DNA from: Candidatus Omnitrophota bacterium
GTDB lineage: Bacteria > Omnitrophota > Gorgyraeia > Duberdicusellales > 4484-171
Assembly (NCBI GenBank): GCA_037146775.1
Contig: JBAWWL010000006.1
Span: forward strand, 79,120-143,119
DNA: 64,000 bases
Direction of reading: 5' to 3'
Numbering within the stretch: the stretch's first letter is position 1; each line of letters starts with the position of its first letter. The notes beneath the pieces were generated by a model. It was not told where the DNA came from and ran no database searches. It was given only the letters and a program-made list of their open reading frames with translations. Below are positions 47,391 through 57,148 of this stretch, in pieces. The position numbers and the translations under genes were made by a program.

Positions 47391-50279
47391 TCAGCGAAAT
47401 TCTTGAAAAGTTTCAGTCCAAGATTTTCTTAATTCTTCTATACCTAAGCCGATAAGCTCCTGCGAATCGTTGGCGTATACCGTCATTTTTTTCTCTTTTG
47501 ATACGCAGCCGATAAGGCCAACGGGCAAACCCTTTAATTCTTTCTCAAAATCAGCCTTTTTCCCTTTCTCTACCTCTACAACAAAACGTGTGGGAGACTC
47601 CGAGAATAGGACTTCCGCATTACACATGTCTGCCGCCTGCGGCACATCGGAAAGAAAAATGCTCGCCCCCAGCCCAGAACTCATACACATTTCAGCCACT
47701 GCCACCGTAAGCCCGCCCTCCGACATATCGTGGCAGGCAGTAACTAATTTTTTTTGTATTGCGCTGCTGAGTTTTTCGAATATCTTCTTGGCAACTTTTT
47801 TATCAACTTTAGGCACCATGCCGCCTTTTATTTTAAAATTCCTGAAATATTCTGACGCACCCATTTCTGGTTTAGTAAAACCCACTGCATATATCAAATT
47901 GTTTTCTTTTTTAAAATTCGCACTGACGGTAACTCGCCAGTCATCCAAGACTGAGACAGCAGAAACCAAGAGCGTTCCGGGAATAGCAATGTGTTTATCC
48001 TCTACCGTATATTCGTTATAAAGACTGTCTTTCCCGGAAATAAAAGGTACACCAAAATAGGTTGAAAAATCGTAAGCGCCGAATGCGGCACGCACCAAGG
48101 CTCCCAACTGCTGTTTGTCTTGCGGCGAACCCCAGCAAAAATTATCCAGGATAAAAGTCTTCTCAAGGCCAGCGCCAACACAGACGACGTTGCGCAAAGC
48201 CTCATCTATGGCCAAAGCGGCCATCCAATAGGGATCAATATCCGAATAGAAAGGATTTATTCCCAGCCCCACGGCAACACACTTCTCGCTCTGCAAATCG
48301 GGGCGTACCACACTGGCGTCAGATACCGAAATATTTTCTATCCCGTATATGGATTTAAGCACTGAACCGGCCTGGACTTCGTGATCATACTCCCGCAAAA
48401 CCCAATCTTTACAAGCGATATTGGCCGAAGCAAGAAGTACCTTCAGTTCTTTGTTGTAATTTTTGCGATCCTCTAGATCCGTTACGCTCTCACCTTTAGA
48501 TACCCACAAAGCCTGCTTCTTCAGCTTGGGCAATTCGAAGATAAAATCCATATCCAGTTCGCACACCTTATTCTGCTCATAAAAAAGGGTTAATTTTTTG
48601 TTATCAATTACTTTCCCTATAACAGTAAGGTCCACATCCTCTTCCTGAAAAATCTGTTCTAGTTTTTCAAGATTTTCTTTTTTAGCAAAAAATACCATGC
48701 GTTCCTGCGATTCCGATATCCAGATTTCAGTATACGAAAGGCCTGCATATTTAAGCGGGACTTTTTCTAAGTATACTTCGACGCCGTGCTCTTGTGCCAA
48801 TTCCGTAACCGCGCTCGAAAGCCCGCCCGCACCGCAATCAGTTATCGCAGCAAATAAATTTTTGTCGCGCGCACGCAATATTGCTTCGGTAACTTTTTTC
48901 TCCTCAATCGCATTGCCGATCTGGACTGCGCTCATCAAAGCCACTGTCTGTTCATCCAGCTCTTTGGAAGAAAAAGTTGCACCATGTATCCCGTCCCTTC
49001 CGGTTTTCGCTCCGCAAAGAATAACCAGATCGCCCTCGTCAACCTTCTTAAACGCTTTGTTCTTCGGAATAAGGCCTAATGTTCCGCAGTACACTAAAGG
49101 ATTGCCCAGAAAGCGTTCCTCGAACAAAACCGCACCCGCAATCGTTGGTATTCCCATTCTGTTCCCATAGTCACGCACACCCTTTATCACGCCTTTTATT
49201 ATTCTTTTTGGATGCAACAAACCCGGAGGCAAGTCATCATACGAAATATGCCAAGGAGCAAAACAAAAAATATCTACCGAAGCAAATGGTTTTGCCGAAC
49301 ATCCTGTGCCCAAAATGTCGCGTATAACACCTCCTATCCCCGTGGAAGCGCCACCGTAAGGCTCCAGACTAGAGGGATGATTGTGCGTTTCCACCTTAAA
49401 GCAAATATCAAAATCTTTATTGAACTTTACCACGCCGGAGTTGTCATGGAAAACCGAAATGCACTGGCGAGAATTAATTTCGTTGGTTGCCTTCATTATG
49501 GTAGATTTCAGAAGATTATGTATGGTGGTTTTTTTTATAGATCTTAAATGCTCGTCCTTTTCCTCATATTCAATAACCCCCCTGAAAGTCTTATGCGCAC
49601 AATGCTCTGACCATAACGTAGCTATTGTTTCTAACTCGCAATCGGTGGGGTTCCTTTTAAGATTTTTAAAATAATCTTTGATAATCCGCATCTCTTCCAA
49701 ACTCAACGACAGACAGCCATCGCGGGAAATTTTAAGTAACTGTGCATCACCGGCGTTTAGCATGTCAACGGTTGTCAAAGCAAAAGTATAGTTACCGCCG
49801 AGAAATTCATCCAAAGTATCCATCTTCGACGCTCTATCGTAATCTAACACATGTTCAATCAACGGGTTATATAATAATTTGCCTGCGATACTGCGTATTT
49901 CTTCTTTGCGCAAGCCTTCAAATCTGTAATATCGGCCTATCCGTGTATTTCTAACTTCAAAAGACAGATCTTTAATGGCTTTTTCCAAAGAAAGAGCCAC
50001 GGGGTCGGTCACGCCGATATTATATGTGATAACTATTTCGTTGGACTGCGGCTTTTTTCCGAAAAGCCCTTTATGGAAAGAATATGTTTCTATCACGGGA
50101 TCTGTGAGCAAAGAAGAAGTTATAAACTTGATGTCTTTTTCGCTATAATTGCCTTCAATAAAATAAACTTTGCGCAGATAAACTTTGCAGTTCTTTACCA
50201 GGCCCAAATCTTTTATCTGGGAAGCTATACTTTTAGAGGGAACCTCCTCTCGAGGAAAAACGTCTATTCTCCAAATCAT
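47391..50279 (-). CDS. purL: FGAM synthase synthetase subunit with N-terminal PurS-like extension
   Basis: WSEHC.HK, ETHNHPS, DCGAGG, SESQERM and SGKDSL motifs; N-terminal LLTDPVIE and LLYNPLIE repeats. Confidence 0.96.
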   Translation of the reverse strand: MIWRIDVFPREEVPSKSIASQIKDLGLVKNCKVYLRKVYFIEGNYSEKDIKFITSSLLTDPVIETYSFHKGLFGKKPQSNEIVITYNIGVTDPVALSLEKAIKDLSFEVRNTRIGRYYRFEGLRKEEIRSIAGKLLYNPLIEHVLDYDRASKMDTLDEFLGGNYTFALTTVDMLNAGDAQLLKISRDGCLSLSLEEMRIIKDYFKNLKRNPTDCELETIATLWSEHCAHKTFRGVIEYEEKDEHLRSIKKTTIHNLLKSTIMKATNEINSRQCISVFHDNSGVVKFNKDFDICFKVETHNHPSSLEPYGGASTGIGGVIRDILGTGCSAKPFASVDIFCFAPWHISYDDLPPGLLHPKRIIKGVIKGVRDYGNRMGIPTIAGAVLFEERFLGNPLVYCGTLGLIPKNKAFKKVDEGDLVILCGAKTGRDGIHGATFSSKELDEQTVALMSAVQIGNAIEEKKVTEAILRARDKNLFAAITDCGAGGLSSAVTELAQEHGVEVYLEKVPLKYAGLSYTEIWISESQERMVFFAKKENLEKLEQIFQEEDVDLTVIGKVIDNKKLTLFYEQNKVCELDMDFIFELPKLKKQALWVSKGESVTDLEDRKNYNKELKVLLASANIACKDWVLREYDHEVQAGSVLKSIYGIENISVSDASVVRPDLQSEKCVAVGLGINPFYSDIDPYWMAALAIDEALRNVVCVGAGLEKTFILDNFCWGSPQDKQQLGALVRAAFGAYDFSTYFGVPFISGKDSLYNEYTVEDKHIAIPGTLLVSAVSVLDDWRVTVSANFKKENNLIYAVGFTKPEMGASEYFRNFKIKGGMVPKVDKKVAKKIFEKLSSAIQKKLVTACHDMSEGGLTVAVAEMCMSSGLGASIFLSDVPQAADMCNAEVLFSESPTRFVVEVEKGKKADFEKELKGLPVGLIGCVSKEKKMTVYANDSQELIGLGIEELRKSWTETFQEFR

Positions 50280-50413
50280 GGAATAAATGGAAGGTTATTG
50301 CAGACAAAATAAATTATGGAACGCCCCACGGGTATGTCTATATGTTCACATCCATCGAAGCACGAGCGCTATATCCTGCGCCAAAGGCGAATCATTCTTT
50401 GGCTAAAACCACA

Positions 50414-51724
50414 TCACAGGCCGCGGCTGGAAGTCAATAAACCTACTCGCCTGTAAATCTTATCCACATTATGCAAATAAGCGTATGGATCAAAGAATTG
50501 CTCTATTTCCTTTTTCGCAAAATACTTTGCAATTTCTTTATCTTTTAAAACTTCTTCCTTAAAACTTGAGTTATTATTTATAACCTTCAGAGAAACAGCC
50601 TGTACAATATCATAAGCCTTCATCCTGGCTAAACCCTTCTCCATCAGCTTCAGTAGAATTCTTTGCGAATAAATAAGGCCTCTATTAAGCTCAATATTGT
50701 AAAGCATGTGTTGAGGGTTAACTCTCAAGCCCCTGACAACCTCGATTGTTTTTTTAAGCATATAGTCCAAAACAATCGTTGAATCTGGCAAAATTACCCG
50801 TTCCACCGAGGAATGAGAAATATCTCTTTCGTGCCATAAACTTATATTTTCAAACGCAACCAGCATGTTGCCGCGCAGGAGCCTGCTCAAGCCGCAAATC
50901 CTCTCGCAGATAACAGGGTTCTGTTTGTGCGGCATAGCGCTTGAACCTTTTTGCCCCTGATAAAACGGCTCTTTGGCCTCATTAACTTCCGTACGATGCA
51001 GGTGCCTAATCTCAGTAGCAAAACGCTCGAGAGTGGCACCGATAGTTGAAAGCGTCGCAAGATAATAAGCGAATCTTTCCCTGGATACCACCTGTGTTGA
51101 AACGGCTGCATGAGCTATGCCGATTTTCTTGCAAATATATTCTTCGACTTTCGGCTCAAAATAAGCAAATGTTCCTACGGCTCCCGAAACTTTTCCGCAC
51201 GCAGTATAGTCTAAACTCTCTTTAAGTATTTTTTCTTCCTGGCACAAATCATTATAAAGATAAAGAAATTTCAGGCCAAAACTATATATCTCAGCGTGTA
51301 CACCATGCGTTCTTGCCACACAAAGCGTATCTTTATACTGCAACGCCTTCGCCCGAACTTCCTTCAACAGTAACGCTAAATCCTTCAAAATAATCTCAGT
51401 CGCATCCTTAATCTGCCACGCAAGAGTAGTGTCTAGAAGATCGGAGGAAGTAATCCCTACGTGCAGATATTGCGCAGCCGAACCGATTTGCGCAGAAATA
51501 CTCTTGATGAAGGCGATAATATCGTGGTGGGTTTTTTCCTCTATTTTCTTTATCTGAGAAGGGAATATTTTGACTCTCTGCAGCTTTTTTGCCGTCCCTT
51601 GCGGGATAACTTTCTCTTTCTCAAGAGCTTCGCAGAGCAGGATCTCAATGGCCAGAAAACGCCTGAACTTCTCCTCGTCGCTCCAAACTTTTCCTATCTC
51701 AATAGGGGTATATCGCTCTATCAT
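50414..51724 (-). CDS. purB: Adenylosuccinate lyase
   Basis: MIERY start, RTHGVHAE and GSSAMPHKQNP motifs. Confidence 0.97.
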   Translation of the reverse strand: MIERYTPIEIGKVWSDEEKFRRFLAIEILLCEALEKEKVIPQGTAKKLQRVKIFPSQIKKIEEKTHHDIIAFIKSISAQIGSAAQYLHVGITSSDLLDTTLAWQIKDATEIILKDLALLLKEVRAKALQYKDTLCVARTHGVHAEIYSFGLKFLYLYNDLCQEEKILKESLDYTACGKVSGAVGTFAYFEPKVEEYICKKIGIAHAAVSTQVVSRERFAYYLATLSTIGATLERFATEIRHLHRTEVNEAKEPFYQGQKGSSAMPHKQNPVICERICGLSRLLRGNMLVAFENISLWHERDISHSSVERVILPDSTIVLDYMLKKTIEVVRGLRVNPQHMLYNIELNRGLIYSQRILLKLMEKGLARMKAYDIVQAVSLKVINNNSSFKEEVLKDKEIAKYFAKKEIEQFFDPYAYLHNVDKIYRRVGLLTSSRGL

Positions 51725-51802
51725 GGCAGTAGTATTTTTACCTTCCTGTCTGTTGAAACAGTAACACAACCATAACGGTTTCCCGGAACGAGTAACCTTT
51801 GT

Positions 51803-51831
51803 ATCTTATCAAAACAAACTAGCCGCGTCAA
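51803..51831 (-). promoter_or_regulatory. Sigma70 promoter of the purB/pur cluster
   Basis: TTGACG-17 bp-TAAGAT with extended TG. Confidence 0.7.
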
Positions 51832-51925
51832 TTAAATAAACGAGAAAAATAAGAAAAAGACTGTTTTTATTGTCTGCTTCACGCCTCACCAAAATATCAG
51901 GTATATCCGTGGCGCGAAAATTGAT

Positions 51926-51959
51926 AAAAATAAAAGGCCCCTTTCGTACGAAAGGGGCC
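51926..51959 (-). terminator. Intrinsic terminator
   Basis: Perfect palindrome GGCCCCTTTCGTACGAAAGGGGCC followed by TTTTATTTTT on the minus strand. Confidence 0.85.
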
Positions 51960-51985
51960 GGATACTATCAAACTTTCTGAATTAT

Positions 51986-52660
51986 TTATAGGTCATTACG
52001 CCGATTTTCGGGCTGCAACGCATCCCATGGCCGCTTTTCTTCGAGCGGGTAACCATACTGCGCTATTTCATTAGGGAAAGGAAAAGTAACTACTTCGTAA
52101 ATACCGGAAGCAATTCTTCCCATCGGAAATACGAACGCTTTAGCCAAACCCTTGAAAGGCTTATCCTCGCTGATGCCTTTGCCTAACTGTCCGGGCATAT
52201 CGAGTATGCCGAAACACGCATTAATGGTACCGCGGAAAATTTTTCTTTTCATCGGCCGAAGGCCATCCCTTAAGCCATCTTTCAGTAAAGAATAATGTGT
52301 TCCTTCTTCCCACGCATATTTAGCATCTAATGGCATACCTATACCATCGTTATCTTTCGGATTAGGTAAGGGAAAAGTAACAAATTGATATACTCCATCC
52401 GCCGTTCTTCCTATACTATGGATAAAACCCCTAAAAAGGCCAAAAATACCGCCAAGGAGTTTATTCTTTTTCTCCTCTCCCCATCCTTTCTTGTAACCTT
52501 TAACGGTCTGGTAGGGAACTTCCAGCCAGCCGGTAAAAACGTTGATTGCGCCTTCTTTGGCTTTTTTGGCAGAATCCTTCATATAGCAACGGTCAGCGGC
52601 AAATCCTGGTAAGGAAATCAAAAAAATCGAAAGGGCAAGTAAAATTAAAAACTTCTTCAT
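51986..52660 (-). CDS. Secreted/membrane protein with two tandem TIGR04073-like (exosortase-system-associated) domains
   Basis: Start MKKFL with AGGAGG SD; duplicated G..N...G..E/D.P ... R...G.Y..VTFP.P. Confidence 0.7.
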   Translation of the reverse strand: MKKFLILLALSIFLISLPGFAADRCYMKDSAKKAKEGAINVFTGWLEVPYQTVKGYKKGWGEEKKNKLLGGIFGLFRGFIHSIGRTADGVYQFVTFPLPNPKDNDGIGMPLDAKYAWEEGTHYSLLKDGLRDGLRPMKRKIFRGTINACFGILDMPGQLGKGISEDKPFKGLAKAFVFPMGRIASGIYEVVTFPFPNEIAQYGYPLEEKRPWDALQPENRRNDL

Positions 52661-52765
52661 CCCTCTACCTCCTCCTTTTAACCCATACCACATCTTTTTA
52701 TATTCATCATGAATAAAAAAGTGCGGTTCCTGTAATTCGTGTTACCTTATAATATACTACATTTT

Positions 52766-52793
52766 ATTGTAACAGCCAAAAAAGCATTGTCAA
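52766..52793 (-). promoter_or_regulatory. Putative sigma70 promoter
   Basis: TTGACA-16 bp-TACAAT on the minus strand. Confidence 0.6.
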
Positions 52794-52801
52794 TAATAGA
52801 G

Positions 52802-53674
52802 TTATTTGGAATGCAATAATGTTAATAACGCATTCCATTCTTCCTCTTTCATGGAAAAACTTTCTTCCGGATGAGGAAAAGCAACGCCTTGAACATCCGC
52901 AATAAAAGCCGCAACCCCTTCTTTTACATGCAAAGAAAGGTCTTTGTATACCCGCACAAATTTTGGTTTGATCTTTTTATACAACCCAAGCATATCGTAA
53001 AGCACAAGCACTTGGCCATCGCAGTATGCGCCCGCACCGATACCAATGGTCGGTATATTAACGTTGGCTGTAATATAATGGGCAAGCTGATACGGGATAC
53101 ATTCAAGGACAATGCTAAATACGCCGAGCTCTTCTAAATATTTTGCCTGTTTGACCAAACGCATGGCTGATTCTTTATCTTTGCCCTGCACCTTATATCC
53201 TCCAAGCAAATGTGCAGTCTGCGGAGTGAGGCCAATATGGCCCATGACCGGAATATTGTTTTTGATCAGATTGCCGATGATGGCCGGACAGTCTTTCGGC
53301 CCCTGAGAAGTTCTCTTGGCACCGTCAAACCACTCTATCTTTACCGCGCGAGCGCCTGCTTCCATAAACTTGCGGGCGTATATAAGACTTTTTCCCGGAT
53401 TTTTTTGGTAACTCACATAAGGCATATCCGCAACCACCAAACTGTGCTTAACCGCCCGAGCTACTGCAGCGGTATGGGTAAGCATTTGCGCAAAACTCAC
53501 CTTACGCGTTTCAGTAAGCCCGAGTAAAACGTTGGCAAGAGAATCACCCACCAAAAGCATATCTACGCCGGCCTCATCCAAAAGCTGCGCAAACGAAAAG
53601 TCGTAACAGGTCAGCATAGTAATCTTCTGATTGCCTTTTTTGGTAATAATCTCCTTTACGGTAATAGTATCCAT
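52802..53674 (-). CDS. panB: 3-methyl-2-oxobutanoate hydroxymethyltransferase
   Basis: LVGDSL, VADMP, GHIGLTPQ and IGIGAG..CDGQVLV motifs. Confidence 0.97.
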   Translation of the reverse strand: MDTITVKEIITKKGNQKITMLTCYDFSFAQLLDEAGVDMLLVGDSLANVLLGLTETRKVSFAQMLTHTAAVARAVKHSLVVADMPYVSYQKNPGKSLIYARKFMEAGARAVKIEWFDGAKRTSQGPKDCPAIIGNLIKNNIPVMGHIGLTPQTAHLLGGYKVQGKDKESAMRLVKQAKYLEELGVFSIVLECIPYQLAHYITANVNIPTIGIGAGAYCDGQVLVLYDMLGLYKKIKPKFVRVYKDLSLHVKEGVAAFIADVQGVAFPHPEESFSMKEEEWNALLTLLHSK

Positions 53675-53710
53675 AATATTCGTACCTCGTCGTCGTACTA
53701 ACGAAATGAG

Positions 53711-54853
53711 CTATCTTATTTTATGTATGCGTTTTCCGTCTTTATCTACGGTTACCACAAATATTCTCATGGCAGAAGGAAAAGTTGCAAGTATTTTTTT
53801 CGCCTCCATGAGCCCACTAACACAAAAAGCAGTAGCAAAACTATCAGCAGTAACGCAACGCTTAGCGATAACGCTGACACTAGCAATGTTATTATCTACG
53901 GGATAGCCGCTACGCGGATCGATCAAGTGAGAATAACGTTTTCCGGCAAGCTCAAAAAACTGTTCATAACCTCCTGAAGTTGTAATCGCTTCATCAATAA
54001 GAACCTCTTTTTCTATAATGCCTTCTAAGTCTTGCGGGTTCTTCACTCCTACTACCCATGGTTTGCCGGAATTTCTTCCTAGGCAATAAATATCACCTCC
54101 GGCATTAATTATAGCATCGGATATGCCGCGCATTTTCAACTTAAGAACTGCCTGATCAACCATATAACCTTCAGCAATAGCGGCTAAGTCTATTTTTAAA
54201 CCTGCTTTTTTCATTACGACAGTCTGCGCTTCAATATTCACCTCAAAACCGTCCATGCCACACTTCTTTTTTAATTCTTCAATCTCTTCTTTCGCCGGTA
54301 ATTCCTTAATCGCACCACGTTGAATCAGGTTTTTCCAGAATTCAAACAAGACACCATAGCTTGGATCAAACGCCCCAGCGCTTATATTATACACTTCGCG
54401 AGAAATCTGTAAAACCTCAATCATTTCCTTAGAAACCTTAATAGGAGAATGATAAGTATTGTTTAAGCGGCTTAATTCCGAGGTGGGATCATAAAAATTA
54501 AAAACTTTGTCTAAACGCTTAAACTCTTCATATACTATAGACGCCGCTTCCCGGCGGGAAGAAGTAACTTCCAGGAATGTTCCGCAAATCACAAACTTAT
54601 TCTTATAAAGCGGTCTAGCACAGGAACAAACGCACAAATAACAAATAACAAATAACAAATGACAAAAAATAGACAGTATCGAACCTTTAATCTGCCCAAA
54701 ACCTTTTTTCTGGTTTCTGTCCTCTGTCTTCTGACTTCTGACTTCTGTCCTCTGACCTCTGACTTCTGTCCTCTGACCTCTGACTTCTGTCCTCTGACCT
54801 CTGACTTCTGACTTCTGACTTCTGATAGCAGCGTTTAAGTTTTTTTCAACCAT
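53711..54853 (-). CDS. apbE: FAD:protein FMN transferase lipoprotein with a repeat-derived N-terminus
   Basis: SELSRLN, DL.AIA.GY.VD, NAGGD, TSGGYE, HLIDPRSG and ADSFATA motifs. Confidence 0.92.
   Translation of the reverse strand: MVEKNLNAAIRSQKSEVRGQRTEVRGQRTEVRGQRTEVRSQKTEDRNQKKGFGQIKGSILSIFCHLLFVICYLCVCSCARPLYKNKFVICGTFLEVTSSRREAASIVYEEFKRLDKVFNFYDPTSELSRLNNTYHSPIKVSKEMIEVLQISREVYNISAGAFDPSYGVLFEFWKNLIQRGAIKELPAKEEIEELKKKCGMDGFEVNIEAQTVVMKKAGLKIDLAAIAEGYMVDQAVLKLKMRGISDAIINAGGDIYCLGRNSGKPWVVGVKNPQDLEGIIEKEVLIDEAITTSGGYEQFFELAGKRYSHLIDPRSGYPVDNNIASVSVIAKRCVTADSFATAFCVSGLMEAKKILATFPSAMRIFVVTVDKDGKRIHKIR
54634..54826. repeat. Heptamer element in the 5' end of apbE
   Basis: 17 YTCTGWC-type units at 54708-54826, including (TTCTGTC CTCTGAC CTCTGAC)x3; second arm (ACAAATA)x3 ACAAATG ACAAAAA at 54634-54668. 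Confidence 0.95.
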
Positions 54854-56547
54854 TTGTGTAATTTATTTATATCCATGCAATTTATTATGTCGCCTTTTTC
54901 AAGCCAGCCTCGACGGGCCACACTAATCCCCAGGCCTATGGACGTCAAATGTTCAAGCCTATGACTATCAGAACCCAAAGAAAGTTTTACGCCCATTTTT
55001 TTTGCCTGCATAACATGTATATCGTTCAAATCCAATCGGGAAGGATAACAGTTAATTTCCATGGCTACGCAATAATCCCGTGCAACCTTAAGGATTTCGT
55101 CAAGATCAATATCGTAAGCGGCTCGTGCCCCCCACAACCTTCCCGTTGGATGAGCGATCACGTTGACATATTTATTTTTACACGCAGCGATAATACGCTT
55201 GGTCAACTGACGCTTTGATTGTTTAAAGCCTGAATGTATCGCTGCGATTACCAAGTCGAACTCCTTCAAGAGACTATCGGGATAATCCAGCCGGCCATTT
55301 GCATCGATATCCACCTCAGTACCACACAGAAGCCGCAGCGCACTCTTGGTATTTATTTTTTTTATTTCTTCAATCTTTCGATACACCTCCCTCGCTGAAA
55401 GCCCGTGAGCAACTTTCAAGCCTTGTGAGTGATCACAGGCGCCAAGGTATTGATAACCAAGAGCGGAAGCCGCGTTCGCTATATCAGTCAACGAAGCCAA
55501 ACCGTCGCTATAGCGGGAATGTACGTGCAAGTCCCCTTTTATGTTTCCCAACGTAACCAGTTTCGGCAAACGGTTCTTCAAGGCTGCCTCTATTTCTCCC
55601 CGGTCTTCCCTGAGTTCTGGCGGTATAAAAGCCATATGCAGCAAGGAAAAAATAGCGCTCTCGGTTTTACCGGCTACACATTTTTCTTTTTTAAATACAC
55701 CGTACTCGTTCATTTTAAGGCCGTATTTTAGCGCCAGTTGGCGTATTTTTATATTAAATTCTTTCGACCCGGTAAAATAAAGCAAAGCCGAGCCAAAACA
55801 ACTTTTCTCAACTACCCGCAAATCAACCTGCATACCATTTTCTTTAGTGACAACTGACGACTTCGTTTCTCCCTTTACTAAAACGTTCTGCACCGACTCA
55901 CAGCTAGTAAAACGCGCCATCACCGGCAATGGTTTCTTTGATACCACCAAAATATCAATATCACGAACAGTATCTTTCCTACGGCGCAACGACCCTGCGA
56001 TTTCTATCGCCCCTACCTCCTCCATCGGCCGCAATACTTCAAAAAATTCTTCTGCCAGACGAAAAGCAAAATGCAAAGGAGTGCGGGCGCTGCCTTTTTC
56101 CAAAAGTTCTATGCCCCGTAAAATATTTTCTTCGGTTTTTTCCCGGATACCTTCCAAAATACGCAATTTCCCCTGGCGGGCAGCTTGCGCTAATTGAGGT
56201 ATGTTTTCTATATGCAATGTTTCATAAATCTTTTTCACCGTTTTTGGCCCCAAACCCGGTATTTCCGTCATCGCCACAACACCGGCAGGAATTTTCTTCT
56301 TCAACTCTTCGTAAAACTTTAGTTTTCCTGTTGTCACAAGTTCGGTAATTTTATCAGCCAGATCATTACCGATGCCGGGTAATGTTGTCAAATTGCCCTC
56401 TTGGACAAGCGCAAGAAGATCCTGGGTCAAATCTTCGATGATTTGCGCTGCACGCTCATAGGCACGGATACGAAAGGAGTTGCTTCCTTCAAGTTCTAAC
56501 AGTGTAGCGATTTCCCGCAGGATACGACAGATATCTTGATTCTTCAT
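54835..56547 (-). CDS. polX: DNA polymerase X with PHP domain
   Basis: AGSLRR..DID, QVDLR, FTGSK, GDLHVHS, HPTGR and SDSH motifs. Confidence 0.96.
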   Translation of the reverse strand: MKNQDICRILREIATLLELEGSNSFRIRAYERAAQIIEDLTQDLLALVQEGNLTTLPGIGNDLADKITELVTTGKLKFYEELKKKIPAGVVAMTEIPGLGPKTVKKIYETLHIENIPQLAQAARQGKLRILEGIREKTEENILRGIELLEKGSARTPLHFAFRLAEEFFEVLRPMEEVGAIEIAGSLRRRKDTVRDIDILVVSKKPLPVMARFTSCESVQNVLVKGETKSSVVTKENGMQVDLRVVEKSCFGSALLYFTGSKEFNIKIRQLALKYGLKMNEYGVFKKEKCVAGKTESAIFSLLHMAFIPPELREDRGEIEAALKNRLPKLVTLGNIKGDLHVHSRYSDGLASLTDIANAASALGYQYLGACDHSQGLKVAHGLSAREVYRKIEEIKKINTKSALRLLCGTEVDIDANGRLDYPDSLLKEFDLVIAAIHSGFKQSKRQLTKRIIAACKNKYVNVIAHPTGRLWGARAAYDIDLDEILKVARDYCVAMEINCYPSRLDLNDIHVMQAKKMGVKLSLGSDSHRLEHLTSIGLGISVARRGWLEKGDIINCMDINKLHKWLKKT

Positions 56548-56638
56548 ATAAAAAGCATCTTATAATAGGACAATTCGTACCAATAGTTGTGGTTTATCGA
56601 ATATGGATAAAAAGATTCACAGGTATGCGCAAACGCCA

Positions 56639-57073
56639 TTAACGTATGCGGTTTTTATAAGAAGCAGTAACTTTGTTTTTTGCTCCGCCGCGCACCGTAA
56701 ACTCTCCCGTAACAGTGATCTCGTGAGGATTTAAAACTCGCCGCAAATCCTCTAAAATCTTATTCACCACATGCTCGTTATAAATCTTAACATTACGATA
56801 AGAGTATAAGTAGTACTTTAACGACCTTAACTCAACCAGTTTTTTACGCGGAACATATTGTATAATAAGGCAGGCAAAATCAGGCAGGCCAGAAAAAGGG
56901 CACAATGAAGTAAACTCACCGTTTGAAAGTTCGACATTAATTCTGCGATGAGGATATTCATACCTAATAGTTTGCAATATCGACGAATCAATATCCTTGG
57001 GCAGAAAAGTATTCCCCAAGGTCTTTTTCGCTTTTTTTTCTATTGCGTTCGATAATCTATCTTCGTAAATCAT
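56639..57073 (-). CDS. queF: NADPH-dependent preQ0 reductase (type I)
   Basis: EFTSLCP.SG.PDFA, ELRSLKYY and RGG motifs. Confidence 0.9.
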   Translation of the reverse strand: MIYEDRLSNAIEKKAKKTLGNTFLPKDIDSSILQTIRYEYPHRRINVELSNGEFTSLCPFSGLPDFACLIIQYVPRKKLVELRSLKYYLYSYRNVKIYNEHVVNKILEDLRRVLNPHEITVTGEFTVRGGAKNKVTASYKNRIR

Positions 57074-57148
57074 TGTATGATATGTTACTATACCGAGTAT
57101 TTATTATATCAAAGTTTTCAGGAAAAAGGTTGTAAATTTTAAAACAAC

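Noticed and set aside
50280-50413. ZTP or purine riboswitch upstream of purL
   Set aside because: Conserved ZTP and purine aptamer motifs were not found; only a GCCAAAG/CTTTGGC hairpin.
53290-53335. Short extra segment in PanB (WFDGAKRTSQGPKD) as another repeat insert
   Set aside because: No periodicity or palindrome in the DNA; ordinary loop variation is sufficient.
56577-56592. Single NrdR-like half site upstream of polX
   Set aside because: Left half is a poor match and there is no partner box at 31-32 bp.
57074-57148. preQ1 riboswitch upstream of queF
   Set aside because: No preQ1 stem-loop with A-rich tail is visible; the region looks like a plain AT-rich promoter.
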